A stretch of DNA of 64,000 bases from a virus: positions 32,001 to 96,000 of the IMG/VR virus record IMGVR_UViG_3300045421_000501. One strand, given 5' to 3'. The position numbers and the translations under genes were made by a program. Under the pieces are notes generated by a model. That model saw only the letters and a list, made by a program, of their open reading frames with translations, ran no database searches and had not been told where the DNA came from. The number at the start of each line of letters is the position of its first letter. Positions within the stretch are counted from its first letter, which is position 1. Below, piece by piece: positions 19,117-29,324 of the stretch.

Positions 19117-20054
19117 ATTTTATTGAAGGTGTAGCAGTTTCAAATCTGTGTGATTATTCATTTGGAGATCAGGCTGGATGTTTGGGAAGAGTTCCTGGAG
19201 CATTCATGAAACAAGCTGATTTAGTCAATCAAGAATTTATTTCAATTTGCAATCAAAATATTGCAAAAGGAAAAAATTTGATGACTCTTTTTATTGATAA
19301 TATTCGATTATATAAAAGACAAATTAAAGCTTCTAATGAAAGGGATCAGAAATGGATTGATGCATTGCATGAAACAAATGATCTTTTAGAACTTTGTGGA
19401 AAGATTGAGAAAATAAATTTTATCATCTTCACAAATCTTGAAGACACACCAATCGATGAAACAATTCATAAAATAATTCCAGACAATGTAATTTCCATAC
19501 ATGCTGTAAATGCAATTTCTTTTGGTAAAAAAGTAATTCCTTTTCCATATGGATTACAAAGAATTTTAAATAATAGTGATAATAGAATTCCGATTATTAG
19601 TAATTTGATCGAAAAGGAAGTAACACCTAAAAAATTAGTTTATATTAATCACACCAAAGATACCAATTTAAGTGAACGTGGAGATATTAAAAAAATTCTT
19701 GGTAAACACAATTATGTTACTGTGGATGATCGAATTCCATTTGAGCAATATTGCAAACAAATACAAAATCATAAATTTATGATTTGTCCACAAGGAAATG
19801 GTGTAGATTGTCATCGAAATTGGGAAGTTCTTTATTTAAAAAGAGTTCCAATTATGAAAAAAACTGAATATCTTATGGAACTTTATAAGGAATATCCTGT
19901 TCTTTGGGTAGATGATTATTCAAAAATTACTAAAACATTATTAATAAATAATGATCATCTTTATGTAAGAGCGAAAAATATAGAAAATAATTTACTCGAT
20001 TTGTATTCGTTATTTAATAGGATTGTAAGAGATGGAAAAGATAAAATTAAATGA
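19113..20054 (+). CDS. Exostosin/GT47-like glycosyltransferase
   Basis: KFMICPQGNGVDCHRNWEVLYL..VPI. Confidence 0.7.
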   Translation: MNFIEGVAVSNLCDYSFGDQAGCLGRVPGAFMKQADLVNQEFISICNQNIAKGKNLMTLFIDNIRLYKRQIKASNERDQKWIDALHETNDLLELCGKIEKINFIIFTNLEDTPIDETIHKIIPDNVISIHAVNAISFGKKVIPFPYGLQRILNNSDNRIPIISNLIEKEVTPKKLVYINHTKDTNLSERGDIKKILGKHNYVTVDDRIPFEQYCKQIQNHKFMICPQGNGVDCHRNWEVLYLKRVPIMKKTEYLMELYKEYPVLWVDDYSKITKTLLINNDHLYVRAKNIENNLLDLYSLFNRIVRDGKDKIK

Positions 20055-20712
20055 TGTGACTTTATGCTGCATCTCTTCCGTAAAATTAGAAGAAACTGTA
20101 TATGCTCTAATAAAAAGTTGTGAGGGATTAGAATTTGCAGAAGCAAAACTCATCGGACATCAAAAACCAGATAACCTTCCAGACTATATTAAGTTTGAAG
20201 AAACATATCAGATAAAAAGTATTGACGATTATAGTTATTATTGCATCTATAATCTTACAAATCATATTCAAACAAGTCATTGTCTTTTGATTCAATCTGA
20301 TGGATATGTAATTCGTCCTTGGTTATGGAATGATTCGTGGATGCAATATGATTATATTGGAGCTCCTTGGCCGGATCGTCAAAAACAACAAGATGCTTTT
20401 ATTGATCCTTGGGGAAAAGCTCATAGAGTTGGAAATGGTGGATTTACTCTTCGAAGTAAAAAATTATTAGATGTTCCCAAACAAGCACACATTCAATTTG
20501 ATGTGAATTGGGGTAGATTTTATAAACACATGGGAGCAAAACTTACTGCAGAAGATGGAAATATTTGTGTTCATAATCGACATATATATGAAGTACTTGG
20601 ATGCAAATTTGCTCCAGTAGAAGTTGCATCTAAATTTTCCAGAGAACAAACTTTACCTGATAGTGAAGAAGACACCTTCGGGTTTCATTATTATTTTCAA
20701 GATATAAAATGA
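20032..20712 (+). CDS. DUF5672-like putative glycosyltransferase
   Basis: LLIQSDG, YDYIGAPW, VGNGGFTLRS, ED, FGFH. Confidence 0.75.
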   Translation: MEKIKLNDVTLCCISSVKLEETVYALIKSCEGLEFAEAKLIGHQKPDNLPDYIKFEETYQIKSIDDYSYYCIYNLTNHIQTSHCLLIQSDGYVIRPWLWNDSWMQYDYIGAPWPDRQKQQDAFIDPWGKAHRVGNGGFTLRSKKLLDVPKQAHIQFDVNWGRFYKHMGAKLTAEDGNICVHNRHIYEVLGCKFAPVEVASKFSREQTLPDSEEDTFGFHYYFQDIK

Positions 20713-21503
20713 AAGCATCAATTTATCAATTATGGTGGAATCCTTGGGGTGAAGAAGGATTAGATTTTAATAAAAACGTAAGTATATCTGTAGACAATCT
20801 TCAAAATAATTTTGATGCAGATTTAAAAATTTTATTTTTAGCAGAACCATATTCAATTGCACCTACAGTTAATGAAGGAGCATTAAATTCCTCAATATTT
20901 TTTGATAAAATATATACATTCAATCAAGCAATATTGAACGAATACCCTCAAGCAGAATTATTTCCTTGGGGATCTTCGTGGTTAGATTTTGACAATCTAA
21001 ATATTGAGAAGCAAGATGTAATAACATTTGTCACTAGTAATAAATCTCAAACATTGGGGCATAAACTTCGTTTAGATATTTTTGATTATTTGAATCCGAT
21101 AGATGAAATTAATGGAATGGAAATTTTTAGTCATATGTCTCCACCATTTCATCAAATTCGAAATGACTTTTTTTATAATGCAAAATTTCATATATGTGTA
21201 GAAAATTCGATTCAAAAAAATTATTTTACAGAAAAAATTATTGATTGTTTTGCAAGTAAAACTATTCCAATTTATTTTGGTTGCCCAAATTTAGGAGATT
21301 GGTTTAATATGAATGGAGTTTATCAATTTGAAAATCTAAAAGAATTAAATGATATTTTAGATTTATTGTCTCCAGATGTATATGAGAAAAAAATAAAAGC
21401 AATCGAAGAAAATTATGAAATTGCAAAACAATTTTATGGAGAAAATGACGTTGTACCCAGACTTACTAAAAAAATTACTGAATTTGTAAATCATGCCATT
21501 TAA
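20709..21503 (+). CDS. GT10 alpha-1,3-fucosyltransferase-like protein
   Basis: KFHICVENS..NYFTEKIIDCF...TIPIYFG. Confidence 0.85.
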   Translation: MKASIYQLWWNPWGEEGLDFNKNVSISVDNLQNNFDADLKILFLAEPYSIAPTVNEGALNSSIFFDKIYTFNQAILNEYPQAELFPWGSSWLDFDNLNIEKQDVITFVTSNKSQTLGHKLRLDIFDYLNPIDEINGMEIFSHMSPPFHQIRNDFFYNAKFHICVENSIQKNYFTEKIIDCFASKTIPIYFGCPNLGDWFNMNGVYQFENLKELNDILDLLSPDVYEKKIKAIEENYEIAKQFYGENDVVPRLTKKITEFVNHAI

Positions 21504-22170
21504 CGGATCAAATCAGACAAACTACATACAAAAAGATTATTCATTTCTAAGAATCAAACCCGAAGGAATGAAAAATTTAAAAACAAACTATTCACAAGTT
21601 TGGCAAGATATTTTTGCGTTGGTTGTAAATGATGCAAAACAAGAAGGTACGTTCATTGAAATTGGAGGAGGACAACCAAAAATTGGTAATAATACATGGC
21701 TTCTTGAAGAACAATATAATTGGAAAGGGTTTTCAATTGAACTTGATGATGAATTATGTTTGATGTGGGAAAATGCAGATCGAAAAAATACAAAAATATT
21801 TAAAGACAATGCACTTATTTTTGATTATGTCCATGCAGTTGAAGAATTAAAATTACCATACCATATGGATTATTTGTCATTTGATTTAGAACCACCAGAG
21901 ATAACATTGGAGTGTTTGAAAAAATTTCCTTTTGATAAATTGTCATTCAATTGTGTGACGTATGAGCATGATGCATATCGACAATGGGGAGATATTTATG
22001 CTCATCGAAATATATTTTTTGAAAATGGATATAGATTAGTTGGTGAAAATTTAAAGAATCGTGGATGTACTATGGAAGAATGGTTTCTTCATGAAGATGT
22101 TGATTCTCAAATTTATAGTAAACTGTATAGTGAAGATTGCGAAGCGTATGAATTGTTATTGGACTTATGA
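21493..22170 (+). CDS. FkbM-like SAM-dependent methyltransferase (paralogue of 16848)
   Basis: SQVWQD, FIEIG, NNTWLLE..WKG, DYLSFDLEP, TYEHD. Confidence 0.75.
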   Translation: MPFNGSNQTNYIQKDYSFLRIKPEGMKNLKTNYSQVWQDIFALVVNDAKQEGTFIEIGGGQPKIGNNTWLLEEQYNWKGFSIELDDELCLMWENADRKNTKIFKDNALIFDYVHAVEELKLPYHMDYLSFDLEPPEITLECLKKFPFDKLSFNCVTYEHDAYRQWGDIYAHRNIFFENGYRLVGENLKNRGCTMEEWFLHEDVDSQIYSKLYSEDCEAYELLLDL

Positions 22171-22859
22171 CAAGAATCAGTTTTTGTATTCCTTGCTATG
22201 AAGCCCATGGTAAAGGATATAATTATCTACTTGATGTTTTTTATGCATTAAATAATCAAGTATTCAAGGACTTTAATGTATGGATTTCCGATCAAAGTAA
22301 AGACGATAAAGTATATCAAGCATGTGAAGAATATGCAGATTGCTTTGAAATTAATTATATTAAATATCAAGAAAATATTGGCAATGTTTCTGCAAATACA
22401 AATAATGCAATCAAGTATGCTGACGGCGAAATTTTAAAAATTCATTATCAAGATGATTTTATTCTTACAGAAAATCTTACTTTTGAACTTGACAAAGTAT
22501 TTGTTAATGATGTAGAATGGGCAGTAAGTTGTTTTGCACATTCTATTGATGATGGTAGAACACATTATAATGCTAAAACTCCATACTGGAATGATAAAAT
22601 TTTAGAAGGAGTGAATACATTTAGTTCTCCATCCATACTTGCAATGAGAAAAGATTTGAAAGTATATTTTGATCAAAATATTACATTACTTTTGGATTGT
22701 GATATGTTTTATCAGTTGTATATCAAATATGGAGAACCTATAATAATGACAGATGTTCATATTTCAAATCGTGAACATGCAAATCAAACACAAAGAAAAG
22801 TTGAACATTTATTATCAACCGAGATTGAATATTTAAAGAGGAAATATGATAGGATTTAA
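22167..22859 (+). CDS. GT2 glycosyltransferase
   Basis: ISFCIPCY, ISDQS, QDD. Confidence 0.85.
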   Translation: MTRISFCIPCYEAHGKGYNYLLDVFYALNNQVFKDFNVWISDQSKDDKVYQACEEYADCFEINYIKYQENIGNVSANTNNAIKYADGEILKIHYQDDFILTENLTFELDKVFVNDVEWAVSCFAHSIDDGRTHYNAKTPYWNDKILEGVNTFSSPSILAMRKDLKVYFDQNITLLLDCDMFYQLYIKYGEPIIMTDVHISNREHANQTQRKVEHLLSTEIEYLKRKYDRI

Positions 22860-23628
22860 TCATCTAGGTCGTCATGGGAGACTTGGAAATCAAATGTTTC
22901 AGTACGCTGGACTCATGGGAATTGCAGATCATAATGATTATGAATTTGCAATTCCACCTAGTAATTTTCAAGATCCTTGGAATGATCATCAATTATTTGA
23001 GGCATTTAAACTTACAAGTTTAGTCAATATTAAATTTGTAGATGGTCCATATGTTCAGGAAAAAACATTTTCGTTTGATGAGGATTTATTTAATACTATT
23101 CCCGACAATCACAATGTTTTTGGATATCTTCAAACTGCGAAATATTTTTACCATATTCAAAGTGAAGTAAGAGAAAATTTTAAATTTAAAAATGATATTC
23201 TTGGACCATGTGAAGATATGATTCAAAGTGTAGAAAATCCAATTGCATTACACGTTCGTCGAGGAGATTATATTTCAAATTCGGACAATCATCCCCCTTG
23301 TCCGAAAGAGTATTATGATGAAGCATTAAAAAAATTTGATAATAATCGAAATGTGATTGTATTTTCTGATGATCCAGAATGGTGTAGTCGGGAATTTACT
23401 GAGGATAGATTTTTGATATCTGAGGGAGGAGACAATCTTGCAGATCTTTGTATGATGAGTTTATGTGAAGATTTTATTATTGCAAATTCATCATTTTCCT
23501 GGTGGGGATCATGGTTATCTGAAAATGAAAAGAAAAAAATTATTGCACCCAGTCGTTGGTTCGGTAGTGGTTACACTTCGTCTCACGACATTTCTGATCT
23601 CTATTGCTCAAATTGGGAGGTAATCTAA
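22846..23628 (+). CDS. GT11 alpha-1,2-fucosyltransferase-like protein
   Basis: GRLGNQMFQYA, HVRRGDY, FSDD, IIANSSFSWWG. Confidence 0.92.
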   Translation: MIGFNHLGRHGRLGNQMFQYAGLMGIADHNDYEFAIPPSNFQDPWNDHQLFEAFKLTSLVNIKFVDGPYVQEKTFSFDEDLFNTIPDNHNVFGYLQTAKYFYHIQSEVRENFKFKNDILGPCEDMIQSVENPIALHVRRGDYISNSDNHPPCPKEYYDEALKKFDNNRNVIVFSDDPEWCSREFTEDRFLISEGGDNLADLCMMSLCEDFIIANSSFSWWGSWLSENEKKKIIAPSRWFGSGYTSSHDISDLYCSNWEVI

Positions 23629-24525
23629 ATGAAAAATAATGATCTTGAAATATTGGAACAAAACTGGATGCCCTTGGAAGATGTTACTTTTTTAATTCCA
23701 TTGAGAATTGAAAGTCAAGATAGAATGCGTAATATTATCACAACGATGATTTATTTGCTTCGAAATTTTAATACCAATGTCATGATAAAAGAATATGACA
23801 TGGAGCAAATCTTTATGCAATCTGCTTTTCCTACAATTGAAGATGCAGTTGGAGATAAAGTAAAAAATATTAATTATATTTTTGAGAAAACTGATGAATT
23901 TATTTTTCATCGAACACGACTTCTCAATGATATGATTCAAAATGCAGAAACTCCAATCGTAGTCAATTATGATAGTGATGTTCTTCTTCCAAAGGAGACA
24001 TATTTACATGCAAGGCATCTTATTTTGAATGGATATACTAATCCAGAACAACCAAATATAAAACCGGAACCAATTAAAGTTGTTTATCCGTATGGTTATG
24101 GAAATTTTCAGTTTCAAATAAGTGCCACAGATGAAGAAGTTACTAATTTTATAAACAGTAATTTTAATTTTACTGCATTTACAAGCATGAGGCAGTATGA
24201 TGCAAAGTTTGGATTCTGTCAATTTTTTGATCGAGAAGAATATATTCGATTTGGAATGGAAAATGAGAACTTTGTATCCTATGGATATGAAGATGATGAA
24301 AGATATAATCGATTTAATACACTTTCTCATGTTGCTCGAATCAATGATTATGTTTATCATTTGGAGCATGTAAGAACTCAAAATTCTTGGTTTAATAATC
24401 CACATATTGAATCAAATAGATTTCTTTGGGAAAAATTAAAAATTCTTCCCAAAGAAAATATAATTGAGTATTATAATAATCAGAAATATTTAATTGATAG
24501 GGGTGTTATTTGTGGACAAAAATAA
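23629..24525 (+). CDS. Glycosyltransferase with GT7 C-terminal-like domain
   Basis: DSD motif, GMENENFVSYGYEDDER, YHLEH. Confidence 0.75.
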   Translation: MKNNDLEILEQNWMPLEDVTFLIPLRIESQDRMRNIITTMIYLLRNFNTNVMIKEYDMEQIFMQSAFPTIEDAVGDKVKNINYIFEKTDEFIFHRTRLLNDMIQNAETPIVVNYDSDVLLPKETYLHARHLILNGYTNPEQPNIKPEPIKVVYPYGYGNFQFQISATDEEVTNFINSNFNFTAFTSMRQYDAKFGFCQFFDREEYIRFGMENENFVSYGYEDDERYNRFNTLSHVARINDYVYHLEHVRTQNSWFNNPHIESNRFLWEKLKILPKENIIEYYNNQKYLIDRGVICGQK

Positions 24526-25327
24526 AGCATCCTACAAACTAAAAGGATTTCCAAAATGCTTATGGATTAATTTAAATCGTTGTGTTCAAAGAAAGGAATA
24601 CATGGAAAATCAATTCAAGTATTGGGAAATCTATGATCATGTAAGAATTTCTGGTATTGATGGTAAGGAAGATGATCCAACTTCATATTTAAAAGGAAGT
24701 GTACCTCACAATATGAATAACGGTGAAATTGGTTGTGTTTTATCTCATTTGAATGCAATTAAATATTTTGTTGAGAAAACAGATCTCAATGAAATCATGA
24801 TTATGGAAGATGATTTGGATATGAATACTGTTAAGTATTGGAATTTTACTTGGAGTGATGTAAGATCAAAATTACCAATTAATTTTGATACTTGTCAGTT
24901 TACAATTATCAATCCAAATGGAATAACATTGAAATTGCACCAACGGTTTATTAATGATTTTTCTGCTGCATGTTATTTAATTACAAGACATCATGCAATA
25001 AAAATAATGAAATTGCATAATAGAGGAAATCAATGGAAAATTGATCAAAACATTCGACCAAGAGCAGTATCCGAAGATCTAATTTTGGATAGTGGAAAGG
25101 GGTATTCTACTCCACTTTTTAACTATAGATTAGACTTAGGATCTGCAATTCACGAAGAGCATATTGATATTTTTCATAAGGATAGTGGAAATGCTTTAGA
25201 TGAATTTTGGAAAATGAATGGACAGGATCAAAACATTTCTCAAATTATGGAATTAGATGAATATTGTGGTAGAATACCACCACAGGTTTATATAAATCAA
25301 GCAAATTTAGAGAAACAAAACTCATGA
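24512..25327 (+). CDS. GT25 glycosyltransferase
   Basis: WINLNR...R, GEIGCVLSH, IMEDD, SAACYLI. Confidence 0.85.
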   Translation: MDKNKASYKLKGFPKCLWINLNRCVQRKEYMENQFKYWEIYDHVRISGIDGKEDDPTSYLKGSVPHNMNNGEIGCVLSHLNAIKYFVEKTDLNEIMIMEDDLDMNTVKYWNFTWSDVRSKLPINFDTCQFTIINPNGITLKLHQRFINDFSAACYLITRHHAIKIMKLHNRGNQWKIDQNIRPRAVSEDLILDSGKGYSTPLFNYRLDLGSAIHEEHIDIFHKDSGNALDEFWKMNGQDQNISQIMELDEYCGRIPPQVYINQANLEKQNS

Positions 25328-26025
25328 AAATTATAGATCATATTGGAATATTTGAAAACTTTGCAAATGAAAACTTTTGCAAAGAACTAATTACTATTTT
25401 TGAATATTGGTTTGAACGAAAATATACATTACAGGAGAATGTAAATTCTCATATAACAGAAGAAAGAAAAGTGAGTTTATTTAATGAAGGTATTACTCAG
25501 TTTCCTGGGAAATCCCTTGGTAGAAAAGATGTTCAATTTTATTTGGAAACAATGGACATTCAAATGGCAATGAATGTTAATGGTATAGTTGGACAAGCCT
25601 TTGAGCAATACATTTCAGAATATCCAGGATTACTAAAAAATGCAGATCCAGTTTCATCCTGGACTACTAAAATACAAAAAACTAATTCTGGTGGAGGGTA
25701 TCATACATGGCATTGCGAGAATGGTGATTTTGGATATCGGGATAGAGTTTTGACTTGGATGATTTATCTAAATGATATTCCTCATGAAAATGGTGGAGCA
25801 ACAGAATTTTTTCATCAAAAACTATCCATTCAACCTAGTGTAGGAACACTAGTTCTTTGGCCTGCATGTTATACTCATATGCATCGAGGTGGATTTTTGA
25901 CTGGAGATATTTCTAAATATATTGCTACCGGATGGTTTCTTCGAGAACCGGGACAAGTTTTTAATAAAAGAATGGGAGAAGAATGTGGACAAATACAACC
26001 TCAAAAATTTGATTTGAATGAATAA
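25324..26025 (+). CDS. 2OG-Fe(II) oxygenase
   Basis: YHTWHCE, WMIYLND, GGATEF, THMHRG, KYIATGW. Confidence 0.9.
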   Translation: MKIIDHIGIFENFANENFCKELITIFEYWFERKYTLQENVNSHITEERKVSLFNEGITQFPGKSLGRKDVQFYLETMDIQMAMNVNGIVGQAFEQYISEYPGLLKNADPVSSWTTKIQKTNSGGGYHTWHCENGDFGYRDRVLTWMIYLNDIPHENGGATEFFHQKLSIQPSVGTLVLWPACYTHMHRGGFLTGDISKYIATGWFLREPGQVFNKRMGEECGQIQPQKFDLNE

Positions 26026-27445
26026 TATTTTTGTAGGAATAGGTGATGCACTTCACGATACCAGTATTTGTGCATTGATTGATGGTGAATTTAAGTATCG
26101 AAAATCTGAAAGATACTTTGGAGTAAAGCATCACGAAGCTAAAAGTCAATGGTATGCAAATACTTTAAATGATTGGAATATAACCAAAGTTGATAAATTG
26201 GTTTACACTCATAAAGGTGGAATTGGAAGGGGTAGAAAACCATATGATGGAGAAGAATTTTTGGTCAACGAATCCTTCCCCCATATAAAATGCAATGATA
26301 CAATATGTTTAGATCACCATATTGCTCATATGTTTAGCACATTATCAAGTGCTAAACAACATGCGGTATTTGATGGAAAAGGATCTGGATCAAAGGCAAA
26401 AGGAAGATTTACTGGATTAATAAAAACTGAAACAAAATTTCAAAGATATAAAAAAATGGGTGCTGGAAGATATTTACAATATCTTGGAACAGTATTAAAT
26501 TTTTCTGGATTGGAAATAGATTTCCCCGGAAAAATTATGGGATTGCAATCATATGGAGTTCCTGATTTAAATCTGGCATCTCAAATTAACGAAGAGAATA
26601 TTCTTGATTTTATTGAACCTTGGGTAAGAAAAATACCAAAAAGTACTGATAAAGATTTTCAGAATTTTGTTGCAACTGTACATAAGGCATGTGAACTTCA
26701 GCAATTAGAATATTTTAAAGAGTTTGATTCGAATGAACTAATTGCATGTTCTGGTGGAGTAATGTTAAACACTGTAATTAATACGGAACTTCGAAAAAAA
26801 TATAATCTTTATATTCCACCACATGTATATGATGGAGGATTGTCAATTGGATGTCTTAATTATATTGTAAAGAATTTAAATATTCCAAACTTTCCTTTTA
26901 TTCAGGATGATGAAAGACCATTAGAAAATCCATCAGATGATACAATTGAATTCATTGCAGAAAAACTTGCACTTGGTAAAATTATTGGATGGTATCAGGG
27001 AAATGGTGAGATTGGACCAAGAGCACTTGGCAATCGTAGTATTTTGATGAGTCCTTTAGTTAAAAATGGAAAGGAAATTCTCAATCAAAAAGTAAAAAAA
27101 AGAGAATGGTGGAGACCTTTTGGTGCTTCGGTAATCAAAGAAAAAGCACATGAATATTTTGATATTGATAATAATCCATATATGCTATATAATAGTAAAG
27201 TATTAGTCGATGAACTATATTCAATTACTCATGTTGATGGTACTTGTAGACATCAAACAGTAACTTCCGATCATAAATTTTATTATAAACTCTTAGAAAA
27301 ATTTGAAGAAAAAACTGGTTTGCCAATACTGTTAAATACATCATTGAATATTGGGGGAAAACCAATTTCATCCAAACTGGAAAATGCACATGTTCCTGGA
27401 TTAGATATACTTTGTTGTGGTAATGAAATACATTCTTATAGCTAA
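26018..27445 (+). CDS. O-carbamoyltransferase (NodU/CmcH family)
   Basis: HD, SER, DHHIAH, DGKG, GKIMGL, GPRALGNRS, HVDGTCR, LLNTSLN. Confidence 0.92.
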   Translation: MNNIFVGIGDALHDTSICALIDGEFKYRKSERYFGVKHHEAKSQWYANTLNDWNITKVDKLVYTHKGGIGRGRKPYDGEEFLVNESFPHIKCNDTICLDHHIAHMFSTLSSAKQHAVFDGKGSGSKAKGRFTGLIKTETKFQRYKKMGAGRYLQYLGTVLNFSGLEIDFPGKIMGLQSYGVPDLNLASQINEENILDFIEPWVRKIPKSTDKDFQNFVATVHKACELQQLEYFKEFDSNELIACSGGVMLNTVINTELRKKYNLYIPPHVYDGGLSIGCLNYIVKNLNIPNFPFIQDDERPLENPSDDTIEFIAEKLALGKIIGWYQGNGEIGPRALGNRSILMSPLVKNGKEILNQKVKKREWWRPFGASVIKEKAHEYFDIDNNPYMLYNSKVLVDELYSITHVDGTCRHQTVTSDHKFYYKLLEKFEEKTGLPILLNTSLNIGGKPISSKLENAHVPGLDILCCGNEIHSYS

Positions 27446-27459
27446 ATGTAAAAAATTAT

Positions 27460-29133
27460 ATGATAATTTATAGTTGTATTACAAATCAGTATGATAATAT
27501 ATCGAATGATCATTATTATGATCCAGAAGTTCGTTATGTCATGTTTCATGATGGAACCATTGAAAAAAAAGGTTCATGGGAATTTATAGAACTTGATATT
27601 GATGAAAATTCACATACAAAAAAATCATATCATCCAAAACATCTACCACATTTATATTTTGACTATGGTGAATGCACTGTTTGGATTGATGGTTGCTATA
27701 TTATAACTGAAGATTTTGTAAATTTTTCAAAAAAAATATTTGAAACCCATAATTTAGTACTACAAAATCATCCATCAAAACGAACTTTAGTTGAAGAATT
27801 TGCAAAACTTTATTATCGTGGATTTGTAGATGAGGAGAAGTGTTATGAATTGGCTGAAAAAATTTATAACAGTGGATATAAATGTTGGATGTATGATCAA
27901 ACTATCAATTGTTGTGTATGGAGAAAAATAAATAAAGAAGTTATTGATTGGAATAATTCTTGGCATAAGTGGTTTATTTTCGGTGATATAAGAGATCAAA
28001 TAGCAAGTTCCTTGGCAGATTATGAAACATTTTCCAGCCATAAAATTGAATTAATTGTAGATTTAAATCATACAACTAGGAATAAAAAATATTCACAATC
28101 ATATGAACTATTAGAACATTCAGATCTTCAACACTTAAAAGTCTTTATTTCAAATATTTCAAATAAATTAGTTACTAATTCAAAATTATCTTTTCATTCA
28201 AATAAAGTTCTTGATGAGAATGAAAATAAATTATACAATTCAGAAATTAAAGTAGTTCCAATTGATAAAAATGAAAATAAATTATACAATTCAGAAATTG
28301 AAGTAGTTCCAATTAATAAAAATGAAATGATAATATACTCTTGTATTACAAATGGATATGATGAAATTCCAGATCATTATTATGATCCAGAAGTTCGTTA
28401 TGTCATGTTTCATGATGGAACGATTGAAAAAAAAGATCCATGGGAATTTATAGATATTCGAGATTATTGTGATCTAGAATGTCCTCTCAGATTATCTAAT
28501 TATCCCAAAACCAATCCACATTTATTTTTTGAAGAAGGATCTAATACAATTTGGATTGATGGTTGTTATGTAATGACAGAAGAATTTGTCAAAGTCTCTA
28601 AAAAAACTTTTCCATTTACAATTCTTAGGCATCCATTTAAATTTTCTTATTACGATGAAATGCTGGAAGGATTTTTATCTGCTTTTTTTTCTTTTGATGA
28701 TGGAATTGAGTTCACAAAATTATTATTCGATGATAACTATAACTTCAAGCAATATAGTAGTCCTTTGTGTACTATTGTTTATAGAACAACAAATTCAGAA
28801 AATCAAAAATTTAATGAGTGTTGGTGGAAATATTCACTCATAGGACCAAATCGAGATCAAGTTGCTTTTGATGCAGCTATTCAATTCACTAATGTCTTCC
28901 CAAATTATATTGAAAAGAGAAATGATTGTGGAATAATTTTAGGGTCTGGATCTAAAATTGGAAGAAAGAAAAAACATGAACAAAGAGGAAAAATTTCTCA
29001 GTGGAAAATGAAACAAAACTTTATTGATGAAATGCGGAAATATGCTAAATTACATCCACATTTTTATGCAAAACATGATCATTATGATATGATGATCAAT
29101 AATAATATTATATCTTCGGATAAATCATTATGA
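27460..29133 (+). CDS. Tandem two-domain DUF616-like putative glycosyltransferase
   Basis: Two copies of IYSCITN.YD, WIDG, HP, RDQ. Confidence 0.7.
   Translation: MIIYSCITNQYDNISNDHYYDPEVRYVMFHDGTIEKKGSWEFIELDIDENSHTKKSYHPKHLPHLYFDYGECTVWIDGCYIITEDFVNFSKKIFETHNLVLQNHPSKRTLVEEFAKLYYRGFVDEEKCYELAEKIYNSGYKCWMYDQTINCCVWRKINKEVIDWNNSWHKWFIFGDIRDQIASSLADYETFSSHKIELIVDLNHTTRNKKYSQSYELLEHSDLQHLKVFISNISNKLVTNSKLSFHSNKVLDENENKLYNSEIKVVPIDKNENKLYNSEIEVVPINKNEMIIYSCITNGYDEIPDHYYDPEVRYVMFHDGTIEKKDPWEFIDIRDYCDLECPLRLSNYPKTNPHLFFEEGSNTIWIDGCYVMTEEFVKVSKKTFPFTILRHPFKFSYYDEMLEGFLSAFFSFDDGIEFTKLLFDDNYNFKQYSSPLCTIVYRTTNSENQKFNECWWKYSLIGPNRDQVAFDAAIQFTNVFPNYIEKRNDCGIILGSGSKIGRKKKHEQRGKISQWKMKQNFIDEMRKYAKLHPHFYAKHDHYDMMINNNIISSDKSL
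28219..28320 (+). repeat. 51-bp tandem repeat x2 (NENKLYNSEI.VVPI.K linker)
   Basis: 28219-28269 and 28270-28320 differ at 2 positions. Confidence 0.9.
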
Positions 29134-29324
29134 TAATATACTCTTGTATTACAAATGGATATGATGAAATTCCAGATCATTATTATGATCCAGAAGTTCG
29201 TTATGTCATGTTTCATGATGGAACGATTGAAAAAAAAGGTCCATGGGAATTTATAGATATTCGAGATTATTGTGATCTAGAATGTCCTAAAAGATTATCT
29301 TCTTATCCCAAAATCAATCCACAT
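28327..29324 (+). repeat. ~195-bp near-identical direct repeats (28327-28521, 29130-29324); partial third copy at 27508-27590
   Basis: Sequences visibly identical except for a few substitutions. Confidence 0.9.

Noticed and set aside
25324-27445. Oxygenase plus carbamoyltransferase as a cytosine hypermodification module
   Set aside because: The oxygenase looks like the common cyanophage prolyl-hydroxylase type rather than TET/JBP, and no DNA methylase or hydroxymethylase is adjacent; kept only as a minor alternative
27460-29324. Near-identical repeats as a possible diversity-generating retroelement TR/VR pair
   Set aside because: No reverse transcriptase in the window, repeats are N-terminal and all coding, and mismatches are not confined to adenines of one copy
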